Counted from the first letter of the stretch, positions 1-10,424 are shown. The stretch: 32,434 nucleotides of DNA from Candidatus Zixiibacteriota bacterium (GCA_040235515.1 JBECKX010000008.1:1-32434); one strand, 5' to 3'. Notes: generated from the sequence alone by a model not told the origin. Numbers and translations: made by a program.

Positions 1-483
1 CAATCCGAACGTCGATAGCCCGCTCCGCTTGGTAATGACATCCACAGCCGTTATCCGCATCCGGTACACGCCGGGAGGCAACAGCATCGGCATCACCTCG
101 AACAGGCGCACATTCTTGTCGTAAGCATCTTCGAGGTACTGCACCGAAATCGGCAGAACGCTCGATGAGGAATCGACCACCATGTTTGTCGCGGTATCGA
201 TCGCCTCGGCGTAAAGCAGACAGCCGGCGCGATAACTCCCCTCCTTATCCTCGAACTGGAAATCGGAGCGACGCACCGCCGCGTAAATCTCCACGTAACT
301 GCGAGTAGAATCCTGGTAATACTTATAGGAACTGGCATCCGCCCAGACTCGCAGTGGCTCCGTCGCAGCTTCCTGCGCGAACGTGGTCGCCGTAACAGCC
401 AGTACAAGCGCCACCACCAGGCACTTTGATACTCTAAGTCCGATATTTTCCCCGCGATTCTGCCTTAGCCTATTCAACCTCAT
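1..483 (-). CDS. Secreted protein, probable GWxTD-family paralog (partial; runs off the window's left edge)
   Basis: Not in the ORF track. Hand translation from ATG at 483: MRLNRLRQNRGENIGLRVSKCLVVALVLAVTATTFAQE...WADASSYKYYQDSTRSYVEIYAAV...LPPGVYRMRITAVDVIT, open to position 1. Signal peptide plus similarity to the N-terminal domain of the neighbouring GWxTD protein (LEIYY...IPPGDFEV). Confidence 0.75.
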   Translation of the reverse strand, partial: MRLNRLRQNRGENIGLRVSKCLVVALVLAVTATTFAQEAATEPLRVWADASSYKYYQDSTRSYVEIYAAVRRSDFQFEDKEGSYRAGCLLYAEAIDTATNMVVDSSSSVLPISVQYLEDAYDKNVRLFEVMPMLLPPGVYRMRITAVDVITKRSGLSTFGL

Positions 484-538
484 CTCACTAATACCCCTGC
501 TGGATACTGGTTCAGTCCGAAGTTCAGCAGCTCAAGCA

Positions 539-1924
539 CTACGGCCCGATTCCGGTGCCGATATGGCGCCAGTCACCGTCGTATGGCTGCTGCAATTGAT
601 AATCCCCATCCCCACGTGTATCTTCAAAAACGAATGTCCGTCGCTGGCCGTAATAACGCCAGATCTGGTACGGCTTCCGCTCAAGCTCAAATGGATACCG
701 GTCTATCTGGTCCGGCTCACCATACTGAATGTAGATCATGCCGCGATCCGTCTCCCAACCGTCGCGGCCGATAGCTGAGAAATACTGATTCGCGTAGCGA
801 ATGCGGCGATAATACTCTTCCTTCAGCTCATTCTCCGGCGTCTCCTTGATCGGGTCCTTGCTCGCCCACCACGAGTCAAACCCGGCCACACGCTCGGAGT
901 CGGGCAATGCCAGGAGCTTCTTCTTCTCATCACTATCAATGATATACTTCAACTGCCTCACGGCATAGTCATAGTCATTCTTTACCAGCGAGGTCAACGA
1001 CCACTTGATCATAAACTTGGTCTGGTTGTCGGCGATCTTCTTGCCCTTAGACTCCAGCTTGGTATCGAGCGTATACTCGCCCGGCAACAGTTCATCGATT
1101 CGGATGAAGTTGCGATGCTGTACTGTAGCTGCGCGAATCGGCAGCACATCACTATCAACCAGTTCATAACTGTCATGCTTTCCATGAATCCTGTAACTGT
1201 AGGTCAGGCTGTCACCGATGTAATCCTTGACATACATCTCCTGGTAAACACCCAACTGGCTCGCTTCACCATCGAAGGAACGCTCGACCGCCGGCACCGC
1301 TACCAGTCCCTCCTTCATGAAGGGTGAGTCAGCCGGAACGTTGTCGATCTGCTGGATGAACTCAACCTGCGACAGACCCTCCTCGCTGCCATACGCAGGG
1401 CTCTTGACCCGGCTCTCGATCGTCGACACATCATTTGAACTGTGGTCAACCAGCTTCGAGATCACCTCGAAATCACCCGGCGGAATATTCAATTCCAACT
1501 GGTTGATCAGATAACCCTCATCCGACCGCGTCAACTCGTAGTTCTCAAGCACATAATTGCGTTCGATCGAACGTCCGGTGATCTGTTCGTCACCATCCCC
1601 GATCACGATGATATTGACCTCATAATTGGCGACATACTTGTCACCCTTTTTGATGTAATGCAGGCCATCGTTGAAGATCTTGTAGTAGATTTCTAATCTA
1701 TTGCCGGCAGAATCCGCGAATACGGCGTGGTCGACGAAGAACTTCGAGCGCTCCATGCTGATATTCTCGACACCCTGTCCTGAAACTGCTGAGATGCTCA
1801 ACACGACGAACGCAAACGTCCATGCCAGGCGGCTCAGAATCGGCTTACTCAAGGTTGATGCCCCCAATCTCGGTAACTTGATGAATTGCAGTAGTTTCAT
1901 TCCGACTATCCGCTCCATTGGCAA
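539..1924 (-). CDS. GWxTD domain-containing protein
   Basis: C-terminal WWASKDP...ENELKEEYYRRIRYAN...GWETDRGMIYIQYGEPD motif; N-terminal signal or TM segment; exact start uncertain (TTG 1924 vs ATG 1900). Confidence 0.9.
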   Translation of the reverse strand: MPMERIVGMKLLQFIKLPRLGASTLSKPILSRLAWTFAFVVLSISAVSGQGVENISMERSKFFVDHAVFADSAGNRLEIYYKIFNDGLHYIKKGDKYVANYEVNIIVIGDGDEQITGRSIERNYVLENYELTRSDEGYLINQLELNIPPGDFEVISKLVDHSSNDVSTIESRVKSPAYGSEEGLSQVEFIQQIDNVPADSPFMKEGLVAVPAVERSFDGEASQLGVYQEMYVKDYIGDSLTYSYRIHGKHDSYELVDSDVLPIRAATVQHRNFIRIDELLPGEYTLDTKLESKGKKIADNQTKFMIKWSLTSLVKNDYDYAVRQLKYIIDSDEKKKLLALPDSERVAGFDSWWASKDPIKETPENELKEEYYRRIRYANQYFSAIGRDGWETDRGMIYIQYGEPDQIDRYPFELERKPYQIWRYYGQRRTFVFEDTRGDGDYQLQQPYDGDWRHIGTGIGP

Positions 1925-2116
1925 AAACTTACTCTCTCAAACCATTCCAGCAAGCAATTATTATACGAATCACTTAACCCGCTTGTTCAGTTGCAGAATC
2001 GAGTTGGATGGTCAATTAAGTCAGGTTGGAATATCAGAACATGATCGCGCGCGCACGAAACTCGCTACCGCAGCGAATTCGCCCACACTACGTACTACGA
2101 AATTTGGTGCAGAAAG

Positions 2117-3361
2117 TTATTCGTAGCGAAGGCTGACGATCGGATCAACCGATGCCGCCCGCCAGGCCGGAACCAGACCAGAAAGCAGGCCCACACTCAC
2201 GGAAGCTAAGAATGCGATGAAGATCCAGAAAATCGGGACAATAAGAGGCAGGGACAACAATGCGGAAACGATCAAGCCGACAACGTAACCGAACAATATC
2301 CCGATCAAGCCCCCAGTTCCGGTCATGGTCATCGCCTCTACCAGGAACTGGAAGAACACATTGCGACGGCGGGCGCCAATCGCCTTGCGTACACCAATCT
2401 CCCGCGTACGCTCGGTGACCGACACCAGCATGATGTTCAGTACACCTATCCCTCCTACGAGCAGGCCCACCGAACAAATCCCCAATACCGCCAGCGTGAT
2501 GACTTTCGTTATATCATTGAACATATCCGTCGCCGACTGCTGGGTAAACAGCGCGAAATTGTCTTCCTCATCATAGCGTACCCCCCGAAACCTGCGCAAT
2601 ACCTGCCTGATCTCGTCCTGAGCCTGCTCCATCTTGACAGCGCTCTCCGCGCGTACATTGAGCCACAACTCCTCCTCCCACGGGTAGAGCTTCTCGTAGG
2701 TACCATAAGGCAGTATGATCAGGTTGTTGTTGTTGTCGCCGAAACTGCTCTCCTGATTCTCCAGCACCCCGATCACACGCAGGCGCACATTGTTCATCAG
2801 GATCTGTTTGCCTGTGGCTTCCTCCCCCGCAAACAGCGTCTTCTCCACTTCCGGTCCGATCACACATACCATCGCGCGTCCCTCATCCTCAGACTGGATA
2901 AAGAACCTGCCCCGGTCCGCATAGCGGTTCCGCACCCGCTCCCAATCGACCGTCGTCCCGAACAACTGGAAATTCTCGGAGCGCTTATCCTTGTACTTGG
3001 CCACATTGCCACCGGGCCGGAAATAGAAGTTCTGCGGAGCCACGCCATCCACCGACGGGCAATAATCCTTGATCCAGTGCGCCTCATTGATCGTAATCGG
3101 CGGTCTCCGCCGTTCCTCTTCGCTCAGTTCGCGCCAGTTGGTGTTCGGGGGGAATTTCGTGACCGAGATGATATTCGAACCAAGCTGCTCGATCTCCGCC
3201 TCCACGGATGCTTTGAACGACTGAATCACAGATGCCACCGCAATCACAGAAGCCGTGCCGATCATCACTCCCACAATCGTCAGGAACGAGCGGAACTTAT
3301 TCGATCGCAGCGAATCGAGCGCCAGCAGCACACCCTCTCTGATCTCAAAGATATTGACCAT
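2117..3361 (-). CDS. ABC transporter permease, MacB/FtsX family
   Basis: RSFLTIVGVMIG N-terminal TM, periplasmic core domain, GIGVLNIMLVSVTERTREIGVRKAIGA, C-terminal PAWRAASVDPIVSLRYE. Confidence 0.95.
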   Translation of the reverse strand: MVNIFEIREGVLLALDSLRSNKFRSFLTIVGVMIGTASVIAVASVIQSFKASVEAEIEQLGSNIISVTKFPPNTNWRELSEEERRRPPITINEAHWIKDYCPSVDGVAPQNFYFRPGGNVAKYKDKRSENFQLFGTTVDWERVRNRYADRGRFFIQSEDEGRAMVCVIGPEVEKTLFAGEEATGKQILMNNVRLRVIGVLENQESSFGDNNNNLIILPYGTYEKLYPWEEELWLNVRAESAVKMEQAQDEIRQVLRRFRGVRYDEEDNFALFTQQSATDMFNDITKVITLAVLGICSVGLLVGGIGVLNIMLVSVTERTREIGVRKAIGARRRNVFFQFLVEAMTMTGTGGLIGILFGYVVGLIVSALLSLPLIVPIFWIFIAFLASVSVGLLSGLVPAWRAASVDPIVSLRYE

Positions 3362-3373
3362 TGCTCTTTGCTC

Positions 3374-4588
3374 CTATTCGAACCTCAGTGCATCGATCGG
3401 ATCAAGGCGGGCTGCCTTCCAGGCCGGATAAATGCCGAAGAAAATGCCGATTGAAACGGGGATAATTATGCCTATGATTATCGCCTGGGTGGAGATGAAG
3501 AATGGTACACCGATCGGCCCCGAAATCGCATAATGTATACCCAGCCCTACCACCAGTCCCAGAATCGCTCCTATGAATGACATCAACAGCGACTCGAGCA
3601 GAAACTGCGACAGGATATTGCGACGTCTGGCGCCGACCGCCTTGCGGATACCGATCTCGCGCGTGCGCTCGGTAACAGAGACCATCATGATGTTCATCAC
3701 CACGATCCCCGCCACCACGATCGAGATCGCCGGCACCGCCACCGCAATCAATCGCATCTGCGCCGTGACGCTGCCGAAGAACTCCTGCAGCATATCCGAG
3801 GTCAGCATCGAGAAATCATCCTCATCATGATAAGCCACACCACGCCGCGCCCGCAGTATCGCTCTGATCTGGTCCATCGTCGGATCGATCATCTCCGGCC
3901 GAAATGCCTTCACGTAAATCGTCAACGCTTGATGACGCCCCGTCTCCTTCAGCATCGTGTTGGCCGGGATGCGAACATAGCGATCCATATCGTTGCCGAA
4001 GACAGATCCCCGCTTCTCCCCTACACCGATCACGGTGAATTTGGAGCCGTTGATCGAAATCTCCTTGCCGAGCGGACTCTCATACGGGAAAAGCCGCTCC
4101 TTGATCGTGGCGCCTATCACCGCAACCTGCCGGCGGTGGTCGTCATCGATCTCCGAGAAGAAACGACCATCCTCAAGCTCGATATCCTGTATCATAATCA
4201 AGTTGGGGGTGTCGCCGTATGTCGGCACAAACCACAACGTGTTCGAACCATGTTTGACCGTCGCGCCGCGCTGCACCTCAAGCCCAACTTCATCGGCGTA
4301 GGTGACATGATCCCGCAACGCGTCGGCATCCTCTCGCGTCAACCGCTTCCGCTTGCGAGCCTCCAGTAGCTGTTCATGCGAAGTGATAATTCCGAACTGG
4401 GTCACTATGATGGTCGATGTCCCCTGGCTCTCGAATACCATGTTGATTTTCATCATCATGCTGTCAAGCACTGAGATAATGGCGATCACGGATGCGATCC
4501 CGATCATCAGGCCCAGCAGCGTCAGAACGGTTCGTAGCTTGTGTGCCCACAACGCCTGCGCTGCCAGTTTGGTGGTTTCGAACAGCAT
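3374..4588 (-). CDS. ABC transporter permease, MacB/FtsX family
   Basis: LRTVLTLLGLMIG, GIVVMNIMMVSVTERTREIGIRKAVGA, YPAWKAARLDPIDALRFE. Confidence 0.95.
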   Translation of the reverse strand: MLFETTKLAAQALWAHKLRTVLTLLGLMIGIASVIAIISVLDSMMMKINMVFESQGTSTIIVTQFGIITSHEQLLEARKRKRLTREDADALRDHVTYADEVGLEVQRGATVKHGSNTLWFVPTYGDTPNLIMIQDIELEDGRFFSEIDDDHRRQVAVIGATIKERLFPYESPLGKEISINGSKFTVIGVGEKRGSVFGNDMDRYVRIPANTMLKETGRHQALTIYVKAFRPEMIDPTMDQIRAILRARRGVAYHDEDDFSMLTSDMLQEFFGSVTAQMRLIAVAVPAISIVVAGIVVMNIMMVSVTERTREIGIRKAVGARRRNILSQFLLESLLMSFIGAILGLVVGLGIHYAISGPIGVPFFISTQAIIIGIIIPVSIGIFFGIYPAWKAARLDPIDALRFE

Positions 4589-4642
4589 GGCTTAGCCTTC
4601 AATAGCTAGGTATGAATTCCCGGCAAGTCCCCGAATCGATCA

Positions 4643-5350
4643 TCAGAACTGATCAATCGTCTCGCTGGACGTGATCACTTCCTTCTCGATTCGGCCGTCA
4701 CGAATGTAGATCACCCGATTCGCGTGACGGGCAATCTCACTCTCGTGCGTAACGACGATTATCGTGTTTCCCTCAAGATGTAAACGCGCAAACAGCCCCA
4801 TGATCTCCTCACCCGTCTTCGAATCGAGGTTTCCGGTAGGCTCGTCAGCCAGGATAATCGATGGATCATTCACCAGCGCTCTGGCGACCGCGACTCGCTG
4901 GCGCTGACCACCCGAAAGCTCATTCGGTTTGTGCATCATGCGGTCGCCCAGATCAACCATCTCGAGCGCCCGCTTCGCTTTTTCACTGCGCGTCTTCGAA
5001 TCGGTGCCGTTGTAAATCAGAGGCAATTCGACGTTGTGTAGCGCCGTGGCGCGTGGCAGCAGGTTGAAGGTCTGGAACACAAATCCGATTTCTCGATTCC
5101 GAATATTGGCCAGCTCATCATCATTCATCTTGGCAACCTGTCTGCCGTTAAGCAGGTAAGAACCCTGGCTCGGCGTATCAAGGCAGCCGATCAGGTTCAT
5201 CAAGGTCGACTTGCCCGAGCCCGAAGGCCCCATGATTGCCAGGTACTCCCCCTTCTCAACTTGAAAATCAACTCCCTGCAGAGCGTGTAGCTCTTCAGTC
5301 CCCATCTTGTAAGTCTTCCAGAGGTTCTCAGTATCGATCAATGATGCCAT
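4643..5350 (-). CDS. ABC transporter ATP-binding protein, MacB/LolD-like
   Basis: Walker [10 protein letters not shown], signature LSGGQRQRV, Walker [14 protein letters not shown]-loop VTHE. Confidence 0.97.
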   Translation of the reverse strand: MASLIDTENLWKTYKMGTEELHALQGVDFQVEKGEYLAIMGPSGSGKSTLMNLIGCLDTPSQGSYLLNGRQVAKMNDDELANIRNREIGFVFQTFNLLPRATALHNVELPLIYNGTDSKTRSEKAKRALEMVDLGDRMMHKPNELSGGQRQRVAVARALVNDPSIILADEPTGNLDSKTGEEIMGLFARLHLEGNTIIVVTHESEIARHANRVIYIRDGRIEKEVITSSETIDQF

Positions 5351-5441
5351 AATCTGTCGCCTTGTCTAAGCTTAATATTCCGTTTCTCACGAGCCGTCGC
5401 AGTAATTCTCGTCGCCTTAAGACGCTTTGTCTCCGGTTAGC

Positions 5442-6755
5442 CTAACTTTCGTCACGTTGCGTGAACATTTTCTCGATCTCGACCTTGTCGCCATTCTTGA
5501 GATTGCGCAATACTCGGTAGCTGCCCGTGACTACTTTGTCACCCTTGTTCAAGCCTGCGACGATCTCAATATTCTGCTGGTCAGATATACCTGTGGTGAC
5601 CGGCACGAACTTGGCGCTGCCATCGACGACCGTAAACACTCCCTCGATCTCCTTTGGCTTAACCTCTTTACCGCCCGATGCCGCCGCTCCGCTATTCTCA
5701 TCCTTCACCTCTGCGGCCATCACATCCCCCGACTCAGGCTCCGGCTCAGGCGCCTTCTCCAGTGTGTCGATCTTCTCAGGCCTCATAACAATTGCCTGAA
5801 TCGGCACATACGTGGCATGCTCCCGCTTCGCTGTCGTGACATCCGCCGTTGCAGTCATTCCCGGCTTGATCTCCGGCACGTCATCCAGCAGCAATATCTT
5901 TACAAGGAAGTTGGGTGCAACGTCAGTCGACCCGGATGTGCCCCGGATGGCGGCGTTGCCCACCTCTGTCACCTCACCGCGAAACGTCGTATCGGGGAAA
6001 GCGTCCACCTCAATCTTTGCCGGCTGACCCAGCTTGACCTTGGCGATGTCGGTCTCATCAACCTCTACCTCCACCTCGATCGTGTTGAGGTCCGCCACTG
6101 TCATGATCACCGTACCGGGATTGTTCATCGTCCCGATCATCACGATTTCACCTATCTCGGCGTTCAACTCCGTGACCGTGCCGTCGATCGGCGAGCGAAT
6201 CACGGTCTTCTCGAGGTCATCGATCCGCTGGTCAAGGAACGCCTGCTGCTGCTCGGTGTTGTACCGCGCCGACTCCAGATTGGCCTCCGCGACCTCAAAT
6301 CCCGTCTTGATGCGCGTGAATTCCTCTTCCGATACCAGCTTGTTCTTATAAAGATCAGAGTAACGCTCGAATGCCTGCCTTGCTTCCACCACGTTGGCCT
6401 CGGCGCTCTTCTCCATGGCCTTGGCCGCAGCCAGCGATGCACGCGCCTGTCCCACCGCCGCCTGATACCGGGTGGGGTCAAGCCTGATCAATACCTGGTT
6501 CTTCGTGACCAGGTCGCCCTCTTCGACCGGTAACTCCACGATTTTGGCGGAGACATCCGCACTGATCTGCACCGTCGTCTTCGCCTGCATCCAGCCGGTA
6601 GCAGTCACTTCGGAGATGATCTCACCCTCCTTGGCCTCCTCTACCTGGACCTTGTAAACGTCGGCTCCGGATGACCTGAGGTTCGCGAACACCACTACTA
6701 CCGCGATCACGGCAATTCCCACGATGATCAGTATGTTTCTCGATCTTTTCTTCAT
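5442..6755 (-). CDS. Efflux periplasmic adaptor (membrane fusion protein, MacA/YknX-like)
   Basis: N-terminal anchor, lipoyl halves VEEGDLVTKNQVL and IRSPIDGTV, helical hairpin, VDETDIAKVKLGQ, GLNKGDKVV. Confidence 0.93.
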   Translation of the reverse strand: MKKRSRNILIIVGIAVIAVVVVFANLRSSGADVYKVQVEEAKEGEIISEVTATGWMQAKTTVQISADVSAKIVELPVEEGDLVTKNQVLIRLDPTRYQAAVGQARASLAAAKAMEKSAEANVVEARQAFERYSDLYKNKLVSEEEFTRIKTGFEVAEANLESARYNTEQQQAFLDQRIDDLEKTVIRSPIDGTVTELNAEIGEIVMIGTMNNPGTVIMTVADLNTIEVEVEVDETDIAKVKLGQPAKIEVDAFPDTTFRGEVTEVGNAAIRGTSGSTDVAPNFLVKILLLDDVPEIKPGMTATADVTTAKREHATYVPIQAIVMRPEKIDTLEKAPEPEPESGDVMAAEVKDENSGAAASGGKEVKPKEIEGVFTVVDGSAKFVPVTTGISDQQNIEIVAGLNKGDKVVTGSYRVLRNLKNGDKVEIEKMFTQRDES

Positions 6756-6872
6756 TCAGATTCTCCCGGCGACAGCTTCCAGGTTCGCCTCGCGTATGAT
6801 GACGCCTCCAACGCGCCTCACCTGCCGCCAATCATTCCGTCTCTGCCCCTCAAGTTTACTCAACCATTCAAT

Positions 6873-8216
6873 CTACTTCTGACCCAGTGAGCGCACTATA
6901 CTCGCCGCCGCCCGATTCAGTTCGAACAAAGCCAGCACCCGCGAATATTGAGCATCTGTCAGCGATACCTGCGAGTCGAGCAGCTCAAGGATTGAGGATG
7001 CCCCCAGGCGGTAGCGCTCCTGCTGAAGCCGGAAATCCTCTTCCGCCGACCGCTCAGCCAGTTGCGCCACTTCAAGCTGCAGGTTTGACTTCTCAAAGTC
7101 GAGGTAGGCTTCGCGTACCTGTGCCTGCAGCGAGTTTCGCTGCTGATCCACACTCTCTGCCAGCGACATCGCATTCAGCTTCGCCTTGGCCGGGGCCGTC
7201 TTCTTGCGGAACGCATCGAAGAGGCTGTAGCTGATACCAATCCCGAACGAATAGGTCCGGTGCTCCGAGTCGTACGAGAACCAGTCGCCGCCGTCGGGAT
7301 AACTCCAGCCCCAGCTCAGGCTGCCGGTAACTCGAGGCAGCCAGATCTGGCGTGCCAGCCAGACGGAATTCTTCGCCGCCGCCAGGTCAAGTCGCAGTTT
7401 CTCCAGCGCCGGATTCTGCGCCAGCGATTCTGATAGGTACTGATCCAGCGTCATCTGCAGGGTAACTGGTTCCAGCTTGTCGCTCGGCTGGATAGGCATC
7501 GATACGTCGCGGTCCATTAGAACATTCAGGTTGAACTCCGCGACCTTGATGTCATTCTCTCTCTGCAGCAAAGTCAGCGAGTCGCGGGCAACATTCACTT
7601 CAGCTTTCAGTTTTTCTGAGAGTGACGCAGAACCAAGGTCGTAACGGCTCGAGACCACCTCCAGTTGCTTCTTGGAGCGCTTCAGCGCTTCCATCTGCAC
7701 CGTACGCAGCATCTGCGCTGTCAGCAGGTTGTAGTAGGCAATCTTCGTGCTGTAGGCAATCTCGGCGACCGTCGCATCATAATCGCGTTCCGCCGAACTC
7801 TTGCTGAGGTTGGCATTGCGAATATTCAGCCAGGTCGCGCCCGCGTCGAAAATCGTAAAATCGACTCCCAGCCCGGTATTGTAAGTCTTGGTGCCCGGGT
7901 CGGTGCCAACGTAGGTCGAGTCACCGGCATCGATCAGAACCTGCCTGTTACTCTTGCTGTAGTTGTAGCGCGCCGAGGTGCCAATGCTTGGCAGGACGTT
8001 ACCCCACGCCTCCCAGACGTTCCACTTGGCTGTCTTTATCTGATTCTGTTTCGTTATCACCGTCGCATTGTTATTCAGAGCAGCATCGATACATTCCTGC
8101 AGAGAAAACTGCGACTTCTGTGACGCCATCTGCGCCTCTGCCTCAGTACAGAATCCGATCGATACTACCATGGCTATCATTGTTGTCAGCCAAACGAACT
8201 TTGTCCAAACTCCCAT
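6873..8216 (-). CDS. TolC-family outer membrane efflux protein
   Basis: Signal peptide, SLQECIDAALNNN, two OEP repeats (RYDLGSAS; ERYRLGASSILELLDSQ); operon context. Confidence 0.92.
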   Translation of the reverse strand: MGVWTKFVWLTTMIAMVVSIGFCTEAEAQMASQKSQFSLQECIDAALNNNATVITKQNQIKTAKWNVWEAWGNVLPSIGTSARYNYSKSNRQVLIDAGDSTYVGTDPGTKTYNTGLGVDFTIFDAGATWLNIRNANLSKSSAERDYDATVAEIAYSTKIAYYNLLTAQMLRTVQMEALKRSKKQLEVVSSRYDLGSASLSEKLKAEVNVARDSLTLLQRENDIKVAEFNLNVLMDRDVSMPIQPSDKLEPVTLQMTLDQYLSESLAQNPALEKLRLDLAAAKNSVWLARQIWLPRVTGSLSWGWSYPDGGDWFSYDSEHRTYSFGIGISYSLFDAFRKKTAPAKAKLNAMSLAESVDQQRNSLQAQVREAYLDFEKSNLQLEVAQLAERSAEEDFRLQQERYRLGASSILELLDSQVSLTDAQYSRVLALFELNRAAASIVRSLGQK

Positions 8217-8355
8217 GATTTCTCCTAAGTGATTCCTTACTATACAAGCGTGTTGATTGGGCCTCGGCCCGTGCGCTCCGCCCGCCCCTGTTCAAGGCTC
8301 CGGGCAAAACCGCGCGGCGCTAAACTTCAGTTGGTGTAATTCTCACCCAATCAGC

Positions 8356-9126
8356 CTAACCGCCGAACATACTTCCTATTCCTATTCCAATTGCAGAGAT
8401 GATGAGCGTCGGCACCAGCACTACCACAGCTGCCTTGCCCTTCGAAAAATTGTACACGATTGAGATCCCAATGATCGTAAGAATAACCGCCCAGATCGTG
8501 AAAACATCCGTGAGCGAGTTCAAAATCGCAACCATCGTATCCGTAATCGGCGCATCCGGCATCAACAGCGCCAGCGAGGTCCGTACATCGAGGCTCTGCT
8601 TCGAGAGAATCAAAGGCGCCTTCACGATCGACCCCACAACCATCGGTATCCCCGACCACACCGCCACTGAAAACACCTGGCCAAACGTCGCGCTGCCGCC
8701 AAGGATCACTGATCCCATCAGCATGTACAGCCCGACGATGATGAAGAGGAAGATCACGGCGCCGACCACCTGCGCTCCAACTCCGAACGACATCCATACC
8801 GGGTTGGACTTGGCCGCCTCCATTTGCTGAAACGCCAGATCGCGCTGCTCCTGTGACATGTTCTCGTTGCGTTCGATCAACTGCCGCTGCATGTCGATCT
8901 GGTACGGATAGCTCACGATTCCGGTAACCGTTATCACGAGCAAGAACAGGATCAATGGTAATGCCCACGAACTCTTCGCCTTGATACTTCTGAAAACCGC
9001 TGACGGCTCACTAAAAATCTTTACTAACATAGACCCGGCACCGAGAGGTTTTGTTTCATTTCCGGGGTCACCGAATGCGTCACGTGGCTGTCCACTAAGT
9101 TCCGGGCTTTCAGTCATTTTCTCCAC
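8356..9126 (-). CDS. Yip1-family membrane protein (YknW-like)
   Basis: IFSEPSAVFRSIK N-terminal Yip1 motif, about 5 TM helices, first gene of the exporter operon, GGAG RBS. Confidence 0.85.
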   Translation of the reverse strand: MEKMTESPELSGQPRDAFGDPGNETKPLGAGSMLVKIFSEPSAVFRSIKAKSSWALPLILFLLVITVTGIVSYPYQIDMQRQLIERNENMSQEQRDLAFQQMEAAKSNPVWMSFGVGAQVVGAVIFLFIIVGLYMLMGSVILGGSATFGQVFSVAVWSGIPMVVGSIVKAPLILSKQSLDVRTSLALLMPDAPITDTMVAILNSLTDVFTIWAVILTIIGISIVYNFSKGKAAVVVLVPTLIISAIGIGIGSMFGG

Positions 9127-9300
9127 TCCTTGCTTACGTTTGTGGACAAACGAGGCTTTGAGCCGAAAGTTTCAAAAATCAGGCTCCCCAGCTCACTACC
9201 TCCGCTTTCCACTGCCGTTCCCTACCGTTGCTTCTTCGCTTTCAGGTCGAATCCGATCGACCCCAATCTCGGTGATGGCCACCTTCCAAAAGATAGACAT

Positions 9301-9332
9301 AAGAAAGGGCCGATTCCAAGCGGAATCGGCCC
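9301..9332 (-). terminator. Rho-independent terminator after the lipoprotein gene
   Basis: Minus strand GGGCCGATTCC-gctt-GGAATCGGCCC followed by TTTCTT. Confidence 0.75.
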
Positions 9333-9392
9333 GGCGTAATCACATTTAATAATCTAACAACTCACATCCCGAGTGAATAGTGGCGGCGCCAA

Positions 9393-10424
9393 CTATTGCT
9401 GGTAGATCACAGCCTCCACACGCGGGAATGTCAGCGCGGCCTTGTTGCCCATCGGGAATGTCGTCTTGCGTGCATCAGCGTTTGAGTTCGCAGCACGCAC
9501 CGGCAGAGAACCCTCGAGCACGACGAACTTTGACGGCCGTTCAGGATCGTTATCAGGAATCGGCTCCACGGTCACGAACGCCTTGCCGCCTGACATAATA
9601 TCTGGTGGCCAGCGGTTCTCCGGAACCCGCGCAGGCCGATTCACCAGGAAATCCTCACCGGGGAAATTCGGCGTCGCGCCTAACATCGAGTAGGGCGCCG
9701 CGTAATCCTGGTAATCGGGGAAATAGAACTTGCCGGTCGACAGCGTGTCGCCGGAGGAAAGCGCAACCCAACCCTCATACAGATAGCCCGTATCGGGCAA
9801 CACCGGCAGGAAAAGTCCCTGCTTGTAGGTCTCATCACCGGTCGCGGTGCCGGAACCAACCGAAAGCTCGATAAACCAGATACCGTGCCTCTCGGTCGCC
9901 TGCGACTCACCCTTCTCGTACCAATTGCCGTCCGAGAAAGTACCGATCGCAAACGCGCCATCGGTGGCCGTGCCAAACTCGGCCGGGAAACGCATGATGG
10001 TTGTCACGTTAGGTCTGATCACCGATTCGGCCACAACCGTCGGCGATGGGTCCGGAGCGGGATCATTCGGATACGGCTCAAGCGTGATCGCTACGAGGTC
10101 GTAATCATAGACGTTGCCGTCGATCCGGTAAACCGAATCGAGCTCGACGCTCAAATTCGTCGGTGAGAGCAAACGGTAGTCGAACTCGTTCCAGAAGAAT
10201 TTCACGAGAGACTTCGACTCAACCCAATTGGAATCCTCATCGAGCTTCACCAACCAGGTTTCATACACCAGCGCTTCTGTCAGTGTAGGTAGTCTGTCAG
10301 GACGTAACTTCACTGTATTCGCAGTCGGTATCGGGTCTGTCTTCACTACCACGTCATCCCCACACCCGATTAACATCAATATCGCGAGTATAACGAACGC
10401 AACCGTGAGCAGCTTTCGTGCCAT
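9393..10424 (-). CDS. Lipoprotein with two tandem LPxLP-YExW-STGKF (anti-sigma-K C-terminal-like) domains
   Basis: Start reassigned to ATG 10424 (GGAG RBS; MARKLLTVAFVILAILMLIG-C lipobox). Internal repeat LPTLTEALVYETWLV / LPVLPDTGYLYEGWV. Confidence 0.7.
   Translation of the reverse strand: MARKLLTVAFVILAILMLIGCGDDVVVKTDPIPTANTVKLRPDRLPTLTEALVYETWLVKLDEDSNWVESKSLVKFFWNEFDYRLLSPTNLSVELDSVYRIDGNVYDYDLVAITLEPYPNDPAPDPSPTVVAESVIRPNVTTIMRFPAEFGTATDGAFAIGTFSDGNWYEKGESQATERHGIWFIELSVGSGTATGDETYKQGLFLPVLPDTGYLYEGWVALSSGDTLSTGKFYFPDYQDYAAPYSMLGATPNFPGEDFLVNRPARVPENRWPPDIMSGGKAFVTVEPIPDNDPERPSKFVVLEGSLPVRAANSNADARKTTFPMGNKAALTFPRVEAVIYQQ

Noticed and set aside
5427..6533. 368-aa plus-strand ORF (likewise 11047..12120 on the minus strand)
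   Set aside because: Antisense shadows of well-supported genes, caused by codon bias.
9243..9264. Minus-strand GGGGTCGATCGGATTCGAC resembling a tmRNA 5' end
   Set aside because: No T-arm/CCA 3' end downstream (it would overlap the Yip1 gene) or upstream (permuted form); explained by a simple GGTCGA/TCGACC hairpin.
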